DNA of 64,000 bases, from contig JBNJNM010000006.1 of NCBI GenBank assembly GCA_052426225.1, positions 1,612,001 through 1,676,000 on the forward strand, written 5' to 3'. The notes under the pieces were generated by a model, which was not told the DNA's origin, searched no databases, and saw only the letters and a program-made list of their open reading frames with translations. Below are positions 49,480 through 64,000 of this stretch, piece by piece (position 1 is the first letter of the stretch; every line of letters starts with the position of its first letter). This DNA is from Zancudomyces culisetae HAW-14-8. Lineage: Eukaryota; Fungi; Kickxellomycota. Position numbers and translations under genes: made by a program.

Positions 49480-51000
49480 AGAGCAATTTTGTTTTTTTTA
49501 CATAGTTGGCCGCTTTTTTTATTTTATTTTAATGTTATTCCATAAATCAGTTTAGAGAATATGATGTATGACTGATTACGGGATGAATAAATGTTGGTTG
49601 TCATTCCAGAGCGATAGTGCTAAAATTAGCCATGATAAACCAAAATCAGCATTGACTGTGCTGAATAATGCATGTATATGGCCAATTTTCTACGCTTCTA
49701 CCCAAGAATGGTGTCTCGCATTTTTTTTTCTAACACTCCACTTTTTAATCACAGAATCCCCCGCCCTCCCCATTCTCGTGGTAGGATAAAAAGTTCATTT
49801 GAGCAAGTTGTGTAGAGTATGTACTAATTTGTTTTGTTTTTTTTTTATTTTTTAGAAGTTTGGAGAATCTAAAAGAACAAAAAAAAATATACCCCAAATT
49901 GCTAGCAAAAGAAAAAAGAATTAAAATCAAACTTAAATTTTTTTTATTTGCTGTTTTTTTATATAAAAAATAGTGGAATGTACGGTGTGACGTGAGGCTT
50001 GATTTACTTTATGTATGCTCCCTTTTCGGTAATGGCAATGATATATGAATTGTTGTGATCCAGAATAACGTAGCCAGAACCAACTGGACAACATAGTCTC
50101 GTGTTTCTTTATGCGGTCATTTATAAGGTAAGCGACAACCACATAGCGAAGAGAAGCAAAGCTCTTATCGATTTGATGTGTTTTGATACCGATGTTGTTA
50201 CTCTTCTGATTGAACCGCTTTGCATTTGGCGATTCCATTTGCTTAAAATAAAAAAAAATTATATAAACAAAAACGCATATTCTCACTTTGTTGGTGAACA
50301 AACCAAGTATTAGTAATTTTGCTTACAAATTGAGTCCAACTTTTCAGCATTTAAAGTCAGACCACATAAAATAAGTGCACTTTTCCAGTTCACAATGTCT
50401 TATTTGTAGCGTTTGACGAGGATGTCTCTTGATATACCTAAATTTATAGCATCCCATATTTGTTGTAGGGTGCGATTGTTGGAATAAAAATATCACCATT
50501 CTTTTTCTAATCAGTCTGGATTTTGTTCACCAAAAGCCTTGGGCGAATTAACAGTAATCTGGAGAGCAAGCGTGATTTTTTCCACATTCCAGGAATCTTA
50601 TCAAATTGGATAGCACCACCTAAACTGATAAACGAAAAAAAACCACCTTGAAAACCAGAAATGCGAACATCACCACCCAATTTGTTATCTTCTTTCCGCT
50701 CAAAAAAAAGTGCATGATCAATCTATTGGCTATGTGCATATTGCAAACAATTTACACGTTTTCTGTTTGGCCCAACTCCGCCTGTCATTCCCAAAAGCTG
50801 AACTGCATTAATAAGTGGAAAAGCAAAAAAAAATATAGGCATGAAAAAATGTTGATGAAACGGAAAAAGAAAATAAACAACTGCTCACTACAACTATTTA
50901 AACCGTTAAAAATCCCCATGCCTTTTTTTTCTGGAGGTTAAACTCATCATCACTTCGGTAATCAAAGTAAAGAGAAAAAAAACCAAAATAATAGCAAAAG

Positions 51001-52208
<1,208 letters not shown>

Positions 52209-52519
52209 ATGGTATTTTAGTTTGTTTTTATTTTTTAGCCTCACCTGCCTTTGGTTTGGTTAAATCTTTGATTTTGAGGTTATGATAAATAAAATGTATT
52301 AAGAAACTTAAACCGGCTTTCCCACAGTCTGCGGAATCTCCTTCATTTGTTTATTCCAATGGTGTTGTTGGAACATGGAAGATTGCAATTTGGACATGAC
52401 TTTTAGTTGCGACTTCACTAAAAAAGCCAAACTCAACTGGATAAGTAATGTCGCACGAAGGTGGTGGGTACAATACGATGTTTTTAACCACATTTCAGGG
52501 TGTGGATAGATAAATAAAT

Positions 52520-52565
52520 AGATAGATGGATGGATGGATGGATGGATGGATAGATGGATAGATGA
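52520..52565. repeat. (GATG)n/(GATA)n microsatellite
   Basis: Directly visible. Confidence 0.9.
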
Positions 52566-54285
52566 AGGAATGAATGGTACTGGTGTGTTTGTAGATGGAA
52601 ATAGTTTTTGTATATGTGAACAATTTTCTGGATCAGATTGAATTGTGGCCAGCCTGTTTGTACCTACTATTGGTATGTATTAAACACACGGCAAAAAGGT
52701 AGTTATTTGCTGTGATTAACATTTTACCCAGACCAACATTGTTGTCTCAGCAAACAAATCGATGAGTGAATAGAGTATAGTCAACAAGAATATGATATTA
52801 TGAGATTTGGGTCTTTCACTTGGTGCCTTTCTAGTATATGCCCTACAAATTCATTGCAAGCCGAGAAGAGGTTGATTTCTCTGGTTCTTGCTAGTAATTA
52901 TTTATTGAAGCACCTTTTTGGCATCCCAAAATGCTACTTTTTACGACATCACGTCGTCTTCTAATACCTTCCCCCTTCTACACATCTTTTTGTGTAAGTG
53001 GGTCGTTACAAATCACAGTATAATTATAATCATAATTATTTTTAGTAGAAAAAGCACATTTAGTGACATTACTTTAATCATCATTTACTCTTAAACCACA
53101 ATTATAAGAAAATTCAAATGGAGCCATGTTCTAGTCTTAAGAAATTATGTCTTTGATCCCAACTTGGCCATTTCATGTTGAGTCAGGAGAGCGGAGGCCG
53201 TCTGTTTGTAACATCCCATTTTTAAAGCCTTCGTTGAAGCTATTTTATAAAAAGCATTGGGCCATCTCATTAAGCAAATAATATAGTAAGCGGTTATGTA
53301 ATGGTGAAATTTTATCTTCACTTTAACCATCAACTATCAGTCAGCAGAAAACTCACCTCGTTTTTTTTATCTGTCCAAACCAATGGATCTTGCTAAGGAG
53401 AAAATTGAGCTTGTATTAAATCATCCAATTTCAGGGCATATTTAACTGAGAAGTGGTGAATGAGCTTCTACCGAACATATGAATCATACAAACCACTGGA
53501 TGTGAATCCACCAAAATGGTGAGTGTTACCTTTTACGTATTTTTTTGGTAAACTTGGTTTCTTATTACTAAATCAAATACACAACAAATATCAGCAAAAA
53601 AAAACGTTTTCATTATATTGACACTCATAATGGAGATAAGAAAGAAGGCATTAGCTTCAAAAATTGTTGTATCTGTTCACTAGGTTGTGTTATCAACTCA
53701 GTATGTGTGCAACGAAGCGGAAAGTTGACAAATCTGTGGTTATAGGTTGTTGGAATATAGCTTGGACTGAATGTGAATACATTGATATCTTTTTCTGAAT
53801 TTATGCTATTGGATTCCATTGTAACATTATTAGCAAAGCTGGGTTTAGTATTGGTGGGAGCACAACCGAAAAAAAAAAAGGAAACTCTCAAAAAACCCGT
53901 TGATTTTTTTTGATGTGGTTGTACTCCGAGAATCACTCCAGGACCACCCACAAAAGAGGGAAATAGAAAAACCTGAGTGAATAATTCTGAAAAAGCTCAG
54001 ATGCATTTAAGCACATTCATGGCACGAACACTTCAATATTCTGGCTTTGCAAATGCAAATGCAAATGAAACACAGGGATGTTGCCAAAAAAAATAGTAGC
54101 ATTAATTGGTTTGGTCAACTTTATTACAATGCCAATAATTGGGTTTAGAAGAAATCATATATAAAGCACCGTTTTCTTCTCTTGAAATCCAAGACCTGTT
54201 GTATCCCGAATAATAATCACACATATTGCAAAAAGAAAAAAGTACTAACACAAACCAAATACTAAGCTTTAAAACACAATTAACG

Positions 54286-56206
54286 ATGGTATCAAGTAAG
54301 CACTTTGTCAATGACCCTAACGAGGTAACCATTAATGATAGTAATGCTAGTCCTATTTTTTGCGCGTGTTTTTCTTTACCAAGTCCCAGAAAATATCAAA
54401 AATACTCTTTTGCAGAAGACATCATCACACTTATATGTTGTTTTTAACCAATAGCTAGTCCGCGATTCGCTAAAGGGCCTTGTAAAATCGAACGACCACT
54501 TGAAACTTGATGAGGAGGAGAAGGTTGTGTACGTCAAGAACGTTGACCAAGTCAAAAAAGAGCAAGTTACCCTCTTATGCGGTGGAGGAGCTGGGCACGA
54601 ACCCTCTCATGCTGGTTTTGTGGGCCCAGCAATGCTCACAGCAGCGGTTTCTGGACACGTATTTGCATCACCATCTTCGTCACAAGTGCTATCATGTATA
54701 CAGCGAGTATATTCTCCAGAACACGGAACGCTTGTAGTCGTGAAGAACTATACAGGAGATGTACTTAACTTTGGAAGAGCAATTGAAAGGTTCAAGGCTA
54801 GCCAGATGCATACTGGTAACAGCAATTGCAAAATATCTATGGTTGTTGTTGGCGATGATGTGGGAGTTGTCGACCAGGAAGAGGAAGTGGATGTCGGTAG
54901 ACGTGGATTGGCTGGAACTATATTGGTGTACAAGATAGCCGGATCAGCAGCAGCTATGGGCGAATCGTTTGAAAAGGTCGAAGCGTTGGCAAAGCACGCA
55001 GCTGAGAACTCTTTTACTGTTGGATGTGCATTAGATCCAGCTTCTGTTCCAGGGCGGGGCCTGCCACGTACCTTGGAAGAAAACCAAATTGAGTTTGGAA
55101 TGGGTATTCATAACGAACCAGGGTTCAAACTAACAAATCTCTCAAGCGCTCATGACATGGTTTCATCAATCGTAAGCCACATAACGAGCTCCAAACTTTT
55201 TACTGAGGCCAGCAAAAAAGCAGGCGGAAAAAAAGTTGTAATGTTGGTAAACAACCTTGGCGCACTTTCAAACCTAGAGCTGGGGTTGGTAACAAAAGAA
55301 GCGTTGGACTGCGCCAGTCAGTGTGGGTTAAATGTTGTTAGGACCTTCCAGGGCGCTTGTATGACTGGGTTGGCAATGAATGGAATCAGCATTACATTTT
55401 TATTGGTTCCATCATGTGAGGAGGAGGGTAAGGAAGTGTTGAAGTATCTCGATTATCCAGCATATACGCCCGGATGGAAGAATATGATTACAGTTCCAGA
55501 TGCTAGTGAGAAAACTGAGGCCGAAATGCAACAAATAAAGGCAACAGCATCAAAGGTTCAGGAAAAGTCAGCATCTACCGCTGGTGAGGATAGTGTGCTA
55601 TGGTCAGAAATAATAACATCAGTGTATAACAACGTTCAAAAAGAAGAACCAGAAATTACACGTTTGGACACTGTCATGGGAGACGGCGACTGTGGAGAGG
55701 TTTTGCTTTCAGGAGCCAAGTCTGTATTCGATGCACTCAAAGCTGGTGAATTACCAACGGATAGCCCAGCGACTACAATGATGAAGATCTCCAACCTTGT
55801 AGAGGCTTCTATGGGTGGAACCTCTGGTGTGATATACTGTCTGTTTTTTGATGGTGTGGCCCAGTCACTAACTAAGGTTCTCGCATCTGGACCTCAACAT
55901 GTCACAAAGGACCAGTGGGCTGATGCCTTGATAAATGGACTTGAAACAATTCAAAGATACTCAACAGCTAGAGTAGGAGATAGAACAATCATTGATGCGC
56001 TTTCACCACTTGTATTCGAGTATAAAAAGAGTGGTGATCTCAACAAAGCGCTGGAAGCCGCCAAGATTGGTGCAGAAGAAACAAAAGAAATGAAACCCAA
56101 GAGAGGGCGTGCCGTTTATGTTGGAAACAGTGGTAAAGGCGTTCCAGATGCGGGTGCTGTAGGAGTATGTGCTGTTGTCTCTGGTATTGCCAATGTATTG
56201 AATTAA
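54286..56206 (+). CDS. DAK1: Dihydroxyacetone kinase (DhaK-DhaL fusion, triokinase-like), ~596 aa; exons 54286-54324, 54455-56206
   Basis: GGGAGHEP, VFASPS, KNYTGDVLNFG, GRRGLAG, GMGIHNEPG, DTVMGDGDCG, MGGTSG, GDRTIIDAL, GRAVYVG, PDAGA. Confidence 0.95.
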
Positions 56207-56512
56207 ATTGACCCACACTGAGTGGGCGGACAATGGAGCTGTGTGTTTTTTTTTTTCATTGTAGCCAAAGGTGTCTTTGCTCAAGGAAAAGTTTTACTTT
56301 TATGTTTCTGGATAGATGTTTAGTTTAGCCTCTCATCCTCATTTTTATGCCACAGATACATGTGATTTATATAATAAAATTGTTGATCTGTTTGGACTTG
56401 TTTAGGTAATAATTTTGAGATTAAGCCAATCAAAAACTCAATCATTTGTCAAAAAATAAGTATAAATAATAAACTAGTTATATATTTATGTAAACTTTTT
56501 TTTAAAAAGTAT

Positions 56513-56595
56513 GGTTAGATGGCCGAGTTGGTCTAAGGCGCCGCGTTAAGGCCGCGGTCTCTCCGGAGGCGTGGGTTCGAATCCCACTCTAATCA
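56513..56595 (+). tRNA. tRNA-Leu(AAG), intronless, long variable arm
   Basis: Acceptor stem GGTTAGA/TCTAATC, D-arm GCCGAGTTGGTCTAAGGC, anticodon stem CCGCG/CGCGG with loop TTAAGGC (AAG at 56548-56550), T-arm GTGGG-TTCGAAT-CCCAC, downstream T-runs. Confidence 0.97.
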
Positions 56596-57769
56596 CAATC
56601 TTTTGGCATTTTTTGCACTTTTGTGATGTTATCGAAACTTTTTGTGGTATATCTATTTAATTTTAGTTGATAGTTTATTAGAGGGGATTTGCAAATGAAT
56701 TTGTACAGTATTTTGAGTGTAGTAGTGAATAAAATATGTCATGGTTGGCATCTGGAATGTGTACATGGAGTGGAATACGGACACTACATGAAAACAGTCC
56801 TAAAATAAATACTAAAGAAGTATCCTTGGCATAATATAGAGAATACTGTGAAATGGTCTTGATTTGAACTTTCAGAGATAAAGCTTGTATGAGTTAACTG
56901 GGTATAAACTAGTGTTTTAAATACTGGATGGTGAAGGGGTGTGAAAAAGGATAATTAAACTATCTTACTAATGTTCAGCACAAATAATATCTTGTGAGCA
57001 TGCACACAAATAAAACATAAAGTATTGCACTGGGTATGGGTTTATTATATCAGTTGCCAAGTGGTTTTGAATAGTTTAAAGCATACTCTTTTTGTTTACG
57101 GCTATATCTACAGATCCATAAATAACCTTTTTTTACTTCAAAGAGAGTTGAATTTTTTATGATAATTGCTTTGGCGAGTTTAAAACACGAAATCAATACA
57201 TTTAACACAAAATAAACAAAGATTGTAAAAAAAAAAATAGCCAGATTCGCATTGATATTTTTTTTTATTCCCAGTTTAAGTATAGCGTAAATTTTTTTAA
57301 TTGTAAATTTTTTTTTAGCAGTTAATTTGTTACATCCAAAATAGTTACGGATAAACATTAAAGAAAAAAAAGAAAAAGAAAAAGAGGGGTATAATTTATC
57401 TGGATGTAATTGAATAAAGATTTTTTGGAGGCAAGATTGATAGAACCAAGGGTCAAGAATTAAGAGAGTACACGATACTTTGTGGCATACATAAATTAGA
57501 ATCAATAATCAAATGGGTCGAACTTTTTTGTTTTGATTAAGATCTAAAATACTAGTCAAAACTAAAAAAAAAGGACTGTTATAATTCCACGTAAAAAGAC
57601 TCGATAGACACAGATAGTTTCTAGGGGTTTGTAGACGAACCAACGCAAATAAGAAACAATAAGAAGAGTGGTATCTATTTTATCTGGTAAAAGTCGAGGG
57701 TTGAGCTGTACAAAAGTACAAAAGGATTTCAAAAAGTAAAGTAGGGAAGAACAACAAAAAAAGTTTAAA

Positions 57770-60700
57770 ATGGCAAGGGATGGAAGAAGACATGAGGAGG
57801 ACGAAGAGGACGAAGATGTCATACGGTACAATAATGACGAGGAAGAGGAAGAAGAAGGGGATTATTCTGATACCGAGAGAATAGATGAGGAAGAAGAGGA
57901 GGATCTTGAGGATGAGGAGGCAGGGGAAGAGGAGCTCCGAAAAAGCGGGTTTATAGTGGATGATGAGGAAAATGAAAGTGAGGAGGATAGAGAGGATAGA
58001 GAGCGTAGAAGAGAGGAGAGAAAGCGCAGGCGAGAGGAGAGGAGGAGATTACGAAGAGAAAATCAAGGTAAGTAAAGAGAGCATGTCTGTTGCTACTAGT
58101 GTTTGAAAATATTTGAAGAATGGGTAAATCTAGAAATGAAATCATATTCAAAGATTTGAAATGTAAAATAATAGAGAGAGAAAGGGAAGATGAGGAACTG
58201 GATGAAGATGATCTAGAACTAGTTCAAGAAAACACAGGGATTCGCGTGATGCACGGAGATAAAGGAGGGAGAAGATTGCTGAGAAGAGGCAAGAAGAAAG
58301 TAGAGAGTGACAATAGTGAAGGAGAAGAGGAGAATGAAAGAAAACTGAAGCGAAAAAGGGTGAGAGAGGAAGACGAAGAGGAAGTTGAGGAGGATGAAGA
58401 GGATGGAGGAGGGAGGATGCGCAGGGGCGCTCGTGAAAGGAGGGGAAGTGACGACGAAGAGTACGGAAGGGGACGGGGTAGAGGTAGGCGAGAGGATTTG
58501 GGCTTATTTGATGACGAAGAGGAAGAGGAAGATGATAGGGAAGATGAGCGCAGAAGAAGGGGCAGAGAGGACGCGAGAAGGCAAAGAGGAAGAAGGGAGC
58601 GACGGGAGGAAGGGTTGGAAGATTTTATTGAAGATGAGAGTGAGGGAGAAGAAGGGGGAAGGGAGAGAGAAAGAGAGAGACCAAAGAGGGGGAGAGCAGA
58701 CTGGGGAGGATTTGGAGATGAGATAATGGAGGGGCTTGATGAAGATACAATGTATGATCTGTTGGAAATATTTGGCGATGGCACAGAGTATGATTTTGCA
58801 ATGGAGGAGCGAAGACCAGAGGATGAGGTAGTAGAAAAAGAAGGGATATTGGATAGAGTATTTGAGCCAGCAGAAATTGAGGCCAAGATGTTGACAACTA
58901 AAGATGAAGAAATTAGGGTTACAGATTGTCCCGAGCGGCTGCAAGAACGAGGATCAGGAGCCCAGATATATAGAAGAGAGCTGAGTGATGAAGAGATCGA
59001 GGAAGAGACAACATGGATACTGAGACAGCTGAATAGAAAGAGTGAAGGAGAGCATTATCAAGGACCCAGCCGAGCGATTATGGGGCACGAACGATTCTTG
59101 GCAGCAGTGTTATCAGTGCTGAAGCTGATGAGTCAAGAGTTTATGGAGGTGCCATTTATATATACACATCGAAAGGATTTGTTTGAAACGTCAGAATCAG
59201 GGGATGGAGAACAAGTAAGGGAGTGGCTTACACAGAGGGATTTGTGGATGCTTTATGACATGGATACGCAGTTTAGAGGGATTTTAGCCAAGCGATTGGA
59301 GTTGATGGCACAGGTGGCACGGGTGGTGAATGCTGGAGAGTGGAGCGGAGAGGATAAGGAGTATTTAGTACAGATGTTGGATGTGGCGATTGACACGGAG
59401 GAGTTGGTGGATCTGGAGGATTGGGTACAAAGTACGTTCCGACATGTTCTAGAGGGTAACGGAGGAGCAAGACAGGCATCGATGTACAAAAAACCAACGC
59501 AAAGTCAGCGGGCAAAGGGAGTGGAAAACAGTAAAATCCGAGGATTTGTAAAAGATGAGATGGGTATTACAGCACGCGAGTTTGGATATAATCTGCAAGG
59601 ATTAGGTCGACATTTTGTAGACGACAGTGAGGTGCAACTAGTGCCAGAGGAGCGGATTGCACAATTTGTAGAACAAAACCCAGAGCTGGGTAGCGACAAG
59701 ATAGTGATGCAGCAGATAGAGGAAAGCTTTGCACGGACGTTGGCGATGGAACCAAACGTCAGAAAGTATGTACGAACAAAGCTGAGCAGAGAAGGACATA
59801 TAAGAGTGAGGCCTACAGCAAAAGGAGAGGTGGAGATTAGAGGAAGAGACCATAGTTATTATGCGTTCAAGTATTTGAAACCCAAACCAGTACGGGAATT
59901 TGCAAAGACAGTGCAATTCCTGCAGATCTTGAAGGCGGAAAATGAAGGGCTGCTGAGCTATGGACTGACATTGGATCCTCATAGACGATTCAAGGCAGAG
60001 AAAGGTGGAGAGGGGCAAACAGAGGAAGGGGAGGAGGAGGAGAAGAGTTGGGCGGCAGAGCGAAGCAATGTAGTGGAGACATTGGTGCGAGGGATGCAGG
60101 TGCATTTGTGCTCAGACTCGGTACATGAGGCAGCAGAAGGGTGGAATGCGCTGCGAGTTAGGAGTCTGCGGCATGCAGTTTTGCGGTATTTAATACCAAT
60201 GTCACAAAAGTGGTTGATAGACAAGTTGCGGGTAGAGGCAGAAACATACGTGAGCGAGCAGTGCGGTCGAGAGTTGGCAGCACATATAGATGTACAGCCA
60301 CTACGAACCAGCCGGATGAGTGTTAACGACACTCCAAGAGTTGTGGTGGTTGTGGGAGGAGGGTTTGGTATAGGAAGAGGAGCGATTAGAATAGTGTTTA
60401 TAGATGACCATGGGAGATATGTAGAGCATCGAGTTGCAGATACGCTGCGAGGAATGGCAAATGATATGTCAGGCAACAACATGCGGTATGATGGATCTGA
60501 GGACCTGCGGCTGATTCTGGAGAGAAGACAGCCAGACGTAGTTGCGGTTGCTGGAATGGAACCATCGACTTTTCGACTCCTGGAAGATGTAAAGCGGATT
60601 ACTGAAAACCACACCGCGCTTACCAGTGATGAGATTCATGTAACACTAGCACCAGACAGACTGGCCAGGCTATATTACAACAGCGAAAGAGCAATGCAAG

Positions 60701-62766
60701 AGTTTCCTCACTTGTCAGCAGCCGAACGATATGCAATGAGTGTTGGTAGATGCTTGCAGGATGTATTGGCAGAGTATGTAGCAGCAGACAGAGAGTTGTT
60801 GGGGCTTTTGCTGCATCGGTCCCAACGATTGGTTCCGGTGGATCGACGGTGGGCGTTTCTGGAGCGCGAGTTGATTATTGCTGTAAATGCAGCAGGAGTC
60901 AACATCAATGATATTGCTCAGAGCCCACACAAGCAAAAGACGTTGTCGTATGTGTGTGGATTGGGGCCACGCAAGGCCCAGCTGATATTAAATGCACTAT
61001 CTGGACCAGCTGGAACGTCGCTGATCGAGTCACGAAGCGATCTTATCTACCGAGAACTGGTAACCAAAAATATATTTGTCAATTGCGCATCGTTTCTGCG
61101 AGTTTGGCCAGCCCAAAGCGATATTTTAGATAGCACCCGAATCCACCCCGAAGATTATGATTTGGCTCGCAAAATGGCGGCTGATGCATTAGATGTTGAA
61201 GATGACGATGACGATGATCACAACTACTCGCGCAACCGGAGAAAGTATGACGATGGGCCATCTAGGTATGTCGCTGAGGTTATGAAACGAGCACCCGAAA
61301 AGCTAGATGATCTGATTCTGAGTGAATACGCCATGGAATTGGAAAAACGACTGTCTGTATCAAAGCTGTTTTGTCTGCGGTTTATCAAGCGCGAGTTACA
61401 ACATCCCTATGCCGATTCCCGCCATATTTACCGCGATCCTGACCCCAAGGACGTCTTTGAGATGCTGAGTGGCGAGTCGATTGGCGATACTTTGCGTGAG
61501 GATGGTTCGACAATAGTCGTGGCCCAGGTAGCACGCATTCGCGACAAATTTGCCATTGCTCGACTGGATTCGGGCATCGACGGGTTCCTTAATGTTGCCA
61601 ACATTGATGATCGTCGCGTTGATGTTGTTTCAGATGAGTTGAGTGTTGGCGAGACCATTACTGCCGTTGTAAAGAAAATTGATTTCGATAAGCTTACTGT
61701 TGATCTGTCCACCAAGCCATCTGATCTCCAGGCCGCCAAGGCTGTTCTCGATCAACCACCACAGGACTTTTTTGATCGCTACTTTGACTTTGAGGCTGAC
61801 AGTATCTGTCGCTCCAAAAACAATTTGGAAAAGCAGATTTCGCAGATGATGCAGCGGTCCATTCCACATCCATTGTTTAAACAGTTCAACAGTCGCCAGG
61901 CCGAGAAGTTCCTTCAGCGTCGTAAAGTTGGCGAATGTGTTATCAGGCCATCGTCCTTGGGTCACAGCTACCTTACCATTACTTGGAAAATTGCGCCCGG
62001 ACTGTACCATCACATTAGTGTGCAGGAATCCGACAAGCCCAACAATAACGAGCTGGCTCTAGGCCGGCTTCTGATGGTACGCAATCAAAAGTTTTCGGAT
62101 CTTGATGAATTGCTAGGTGTATATCTGGACCCATTGATTCGGAAGTTTGAGGAGGCGAGACGTTATCCCAAGTTTTACAATCCCGATACAGATCCTTCAT
62201 ACCGCCATCAATCGTTTTCACACCCAGAGCAACCGGCTGATCCTGATCCTTCCGATCCAAACGAGTCTGCACAAGCAATGCAGGACCGTTTGGCTCGCCA
62301 CGCTAAGCGGTATGTGTCACGAATTGAGCGGCATCTAGACAATGCAAGTCGGGCAACTGGAACTGGCAGTTATTTGCTAGCCTTGGATTATGAAAACCCT
62401 GGGTGTTTGGCCATCCATTTCAAACCCAATCCCAAAGCTGCGCTTGTCAAAAAATGGGTTATAAAAGTTCGTCCTAATGAGTTTTGCCTGGGTGATCGTG
62501 GTAGATATCCAAATGTTGGTACTCTAATCAATGGATTCAAAACTATTGCTGCTAATATTTCTTCTGCAAACCAAAACTCTGCTCCTACTAGACCTTTCCA
62601 ACAACTTTCTTCTCATTATAATCATCCACCACCACCTCCTCCTCCACCTTCTCAACATCAACAGCAACATCAACAGCACCATCATAATTACCATCATCAA
62701 CCACCGCCACCGCCACCTCCTCATACTGCACCTTATCCTTCTTATTACCACCACCACCAACAATAA
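57770..62766 (+). CDS. SPT6: Transcription elongation factor / histone chaperone Spt6, ~1629 aa; exons 57770-58067, 58175-62766
   Basis: Acidic N-terminus (GFIVDD, LDEDDLELV, IFGDGTEY), VFEPAEI..DEEIRVTDCPERLQ, EVPFIYTHRKD, YVCGLGPRKA, LDSTRIHPEDYDLARKMAADAL, S1 domain, tandem SH2 (IRPSSLG..LTITWK). Confidence 0.96.
62610..62763 (+). repeat. Low-complexity Pro/His/Gln trinucleotide repeats at the SPT6 C-terminus
   Basis: CCA/CCT/CAT/CAC/CAA runs. Confidence 0.85.
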
Positions 62767-62854
62767 AATCTATTTCTCACCCCCCTCCCTTTCCCATTCC
62801 ATTTCATTCCTTCCTTTCTTTTTTTCTATCTTTATTTATTTACACAATTATTCT

Positions 62855-64000
62855 TTATTTATAAAATAAATATATAGGTCTATCATATCCTTTATTACTA
62901 CTAGTTTGGTTTAACACCTTGAATTTCTTGAAACCAATCTCACTACTAACTAAAATCTTTGGAAAATCTTCGGGTCTGATTTTTAGTTGATGGTAATTTT
63001 GGCGCAACTCTGAATTGGTTTTGCTAGCTTTATAATACCCTTTCCAATCTTGTGGTTCAAAAATAAAGTATCCACTACTACCACCAATATCGGTGCTTTC
63101 CTTTAGACTATTATACACTTTTTTAAAAAACTTTATTATCCCTTCATCCAGATTGTTCAGGTGAATCCACTTGCTAACATTGAGTGCCATTATAACATCA
63201 TACTTGTCTTTGCTACCTTGTTCATCACCTTCCCCTCCATTTCCAGAAACATCTGCTTCTTGATTATTGGTGTTGTCTAGCCATGTAGTGTCGTCATTAA
63301 CCCAATCGGCTGCATATAGAAACACGCGATCCGCCAACGAATTGTTTGTTGAATTTTGGCCGTGTTGGTGCGGAATGGTGCCAAACAATATTGGCATAGA
63401 AATTGGATAGTGCTCATCTTCATAGCACCTCTTTTCATCACGTTCCCACTCCCTATCCTGTTCTTGTTCATTTTTACTAACAGCACTTTTTTTTTGGTTT
63501 ATTAGCGGCCGAGTTAATGAATTCTCAAAATACAGATTTTGTCTAGCAGTACGAATCAGGCTATTATCGATATCCACACCAATAATCCGTTGTATATTGG
63601 TACGTTTGGCCAGTTCGATCGCTACTGCGGCGGTATTACAACCGATATCCAAGACCTTTGCTATTTTATTCGCAAACAATTTGTTGTTGGAGCATCCGGT
63701 ATTGCTAGACTGCGGAGTTGTTGTGACTCGAATGTTTAGCAGTGTTTCTATCCTGGGATCACTGCTAGTTGTACAGTTTTCTAATATATTCTGGTCTAAT
63801 TCTTTATTTAAATCCAAATTTAAATCTAAATCCGAATCCAAATCCATCCTGGTCTGCAATGAAGGTTGAGCTTGTTCTTGATTGTCCCGTGTCTTGTTTT
63901 CACCTATACCGCCTGTACTCGGACCTCGCTTTCCAGGATTCAGCGTTTTGAATGCAGCCTTTCTCTTGCTGTAGTAATTTGGATAGTTTCCATACCGATA
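62855..64000 (-). CDS. BMC1: Bin3/MEPCE/Bmc1-family RNA methylphosphate capping enzyme (5' end beyond the window)
   Basis: Frame stays open to the window edge with YRYGNYPNYYSKR. Motifs DPRI, VLDIGCN, IGVDIDNSLI..A, YDVIMALNVSKWIHLN..DEGI..FF, FEPQDWKGY, GYDRPIY. Confidence 0.9.
   Translation of the reverse strand, partial: YRYGNYPNYYSKRKAAFKTLNPGKRGPSTGGIGENKTRDNQEQAQPSLQTRMDLDSDLDLNLDLNKELDQNILENCTTSSDPRIETLLNIRVTTTPQSSNTGCSNNKLFANKIAKVLDIGCNTAAVAIELAKRTNIQRIIGVDIDNSLIRTARQNLYFENSLTRPLINQKKSAVSKNEQEQDREWERDEKRCYEDEHYPISMPILFGTIPHQHGQNSTNNSLADRVFLYAADWVNDDTTWLDNTNNQEADVSGNGGEGDEQGSKDKYDVIMALNVSKWIHLNNLDEGIIKFFKKVYNSLKESTDIGGSSGYFIFEPQDWKGYYKASKTNSELRQNYHQLKIRPEDFPKILVSSEIGFKKFKVLNQTSSNKGYDRPIYLFYK

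Noticed and set aside
56165-56315. GTATGT donor near the DAK 3' end with a downstream T-tract/TAG acceptor
   Set aside because: The product (PKVSLLKEKFYFYVSG*) removes the conserved terminal helix and has no targeting signal. Unsupported.

Overview
Eukaryotic, AT-rich fungal genomic DNA with short GT-AG spliceosomal introns. It resembles an early-diverging fungus such as Kickxellomycotina/Harpellales, but that placement is inference only. I could build about 19 protein-coding gene models by hand: RAE1, DOT1, CASP/COY1, a Slm1-like BAR-PH protein, a YCF1-like ABCC transporter, SIT4/PP6, a CLA4-like PAK kinase, STS1/Cut8, a PH-domain orphan, an MCH1-like MFS transporter, a Clr4/DIM-5-like H3K9 methyltransferase, COQ8, GAPDH, DAK, SPT6, a partial Bin3/MEPCE and three other orphans. 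There is also one tRNA-Leu(AAG). I found no CRISPR array, rRNA or intact mobile element. The main unexplained signals are: (1) a sawtooth purine/pyrimidine strand skew that flips inside genes, roughly midway between flanking promoters, and changes synonymous codon usage within single ORFs; (2) G/C-run (G4-like) clusters in intergenic DNA; (3) a GC-rich structured element ending in T6 inside the GAPDH intron; (4) a probable decayed AAA+ ATPase remnant; (5) several in-frame alternative-splicing opportunities; (6) odd substitutions in conserved enzymes, namely SIT4 ending YFI and a Clr4-like protein with no visible chromodomain and a pre-SET insertion. Exon boundaries were derived by hand and have no transcript support.
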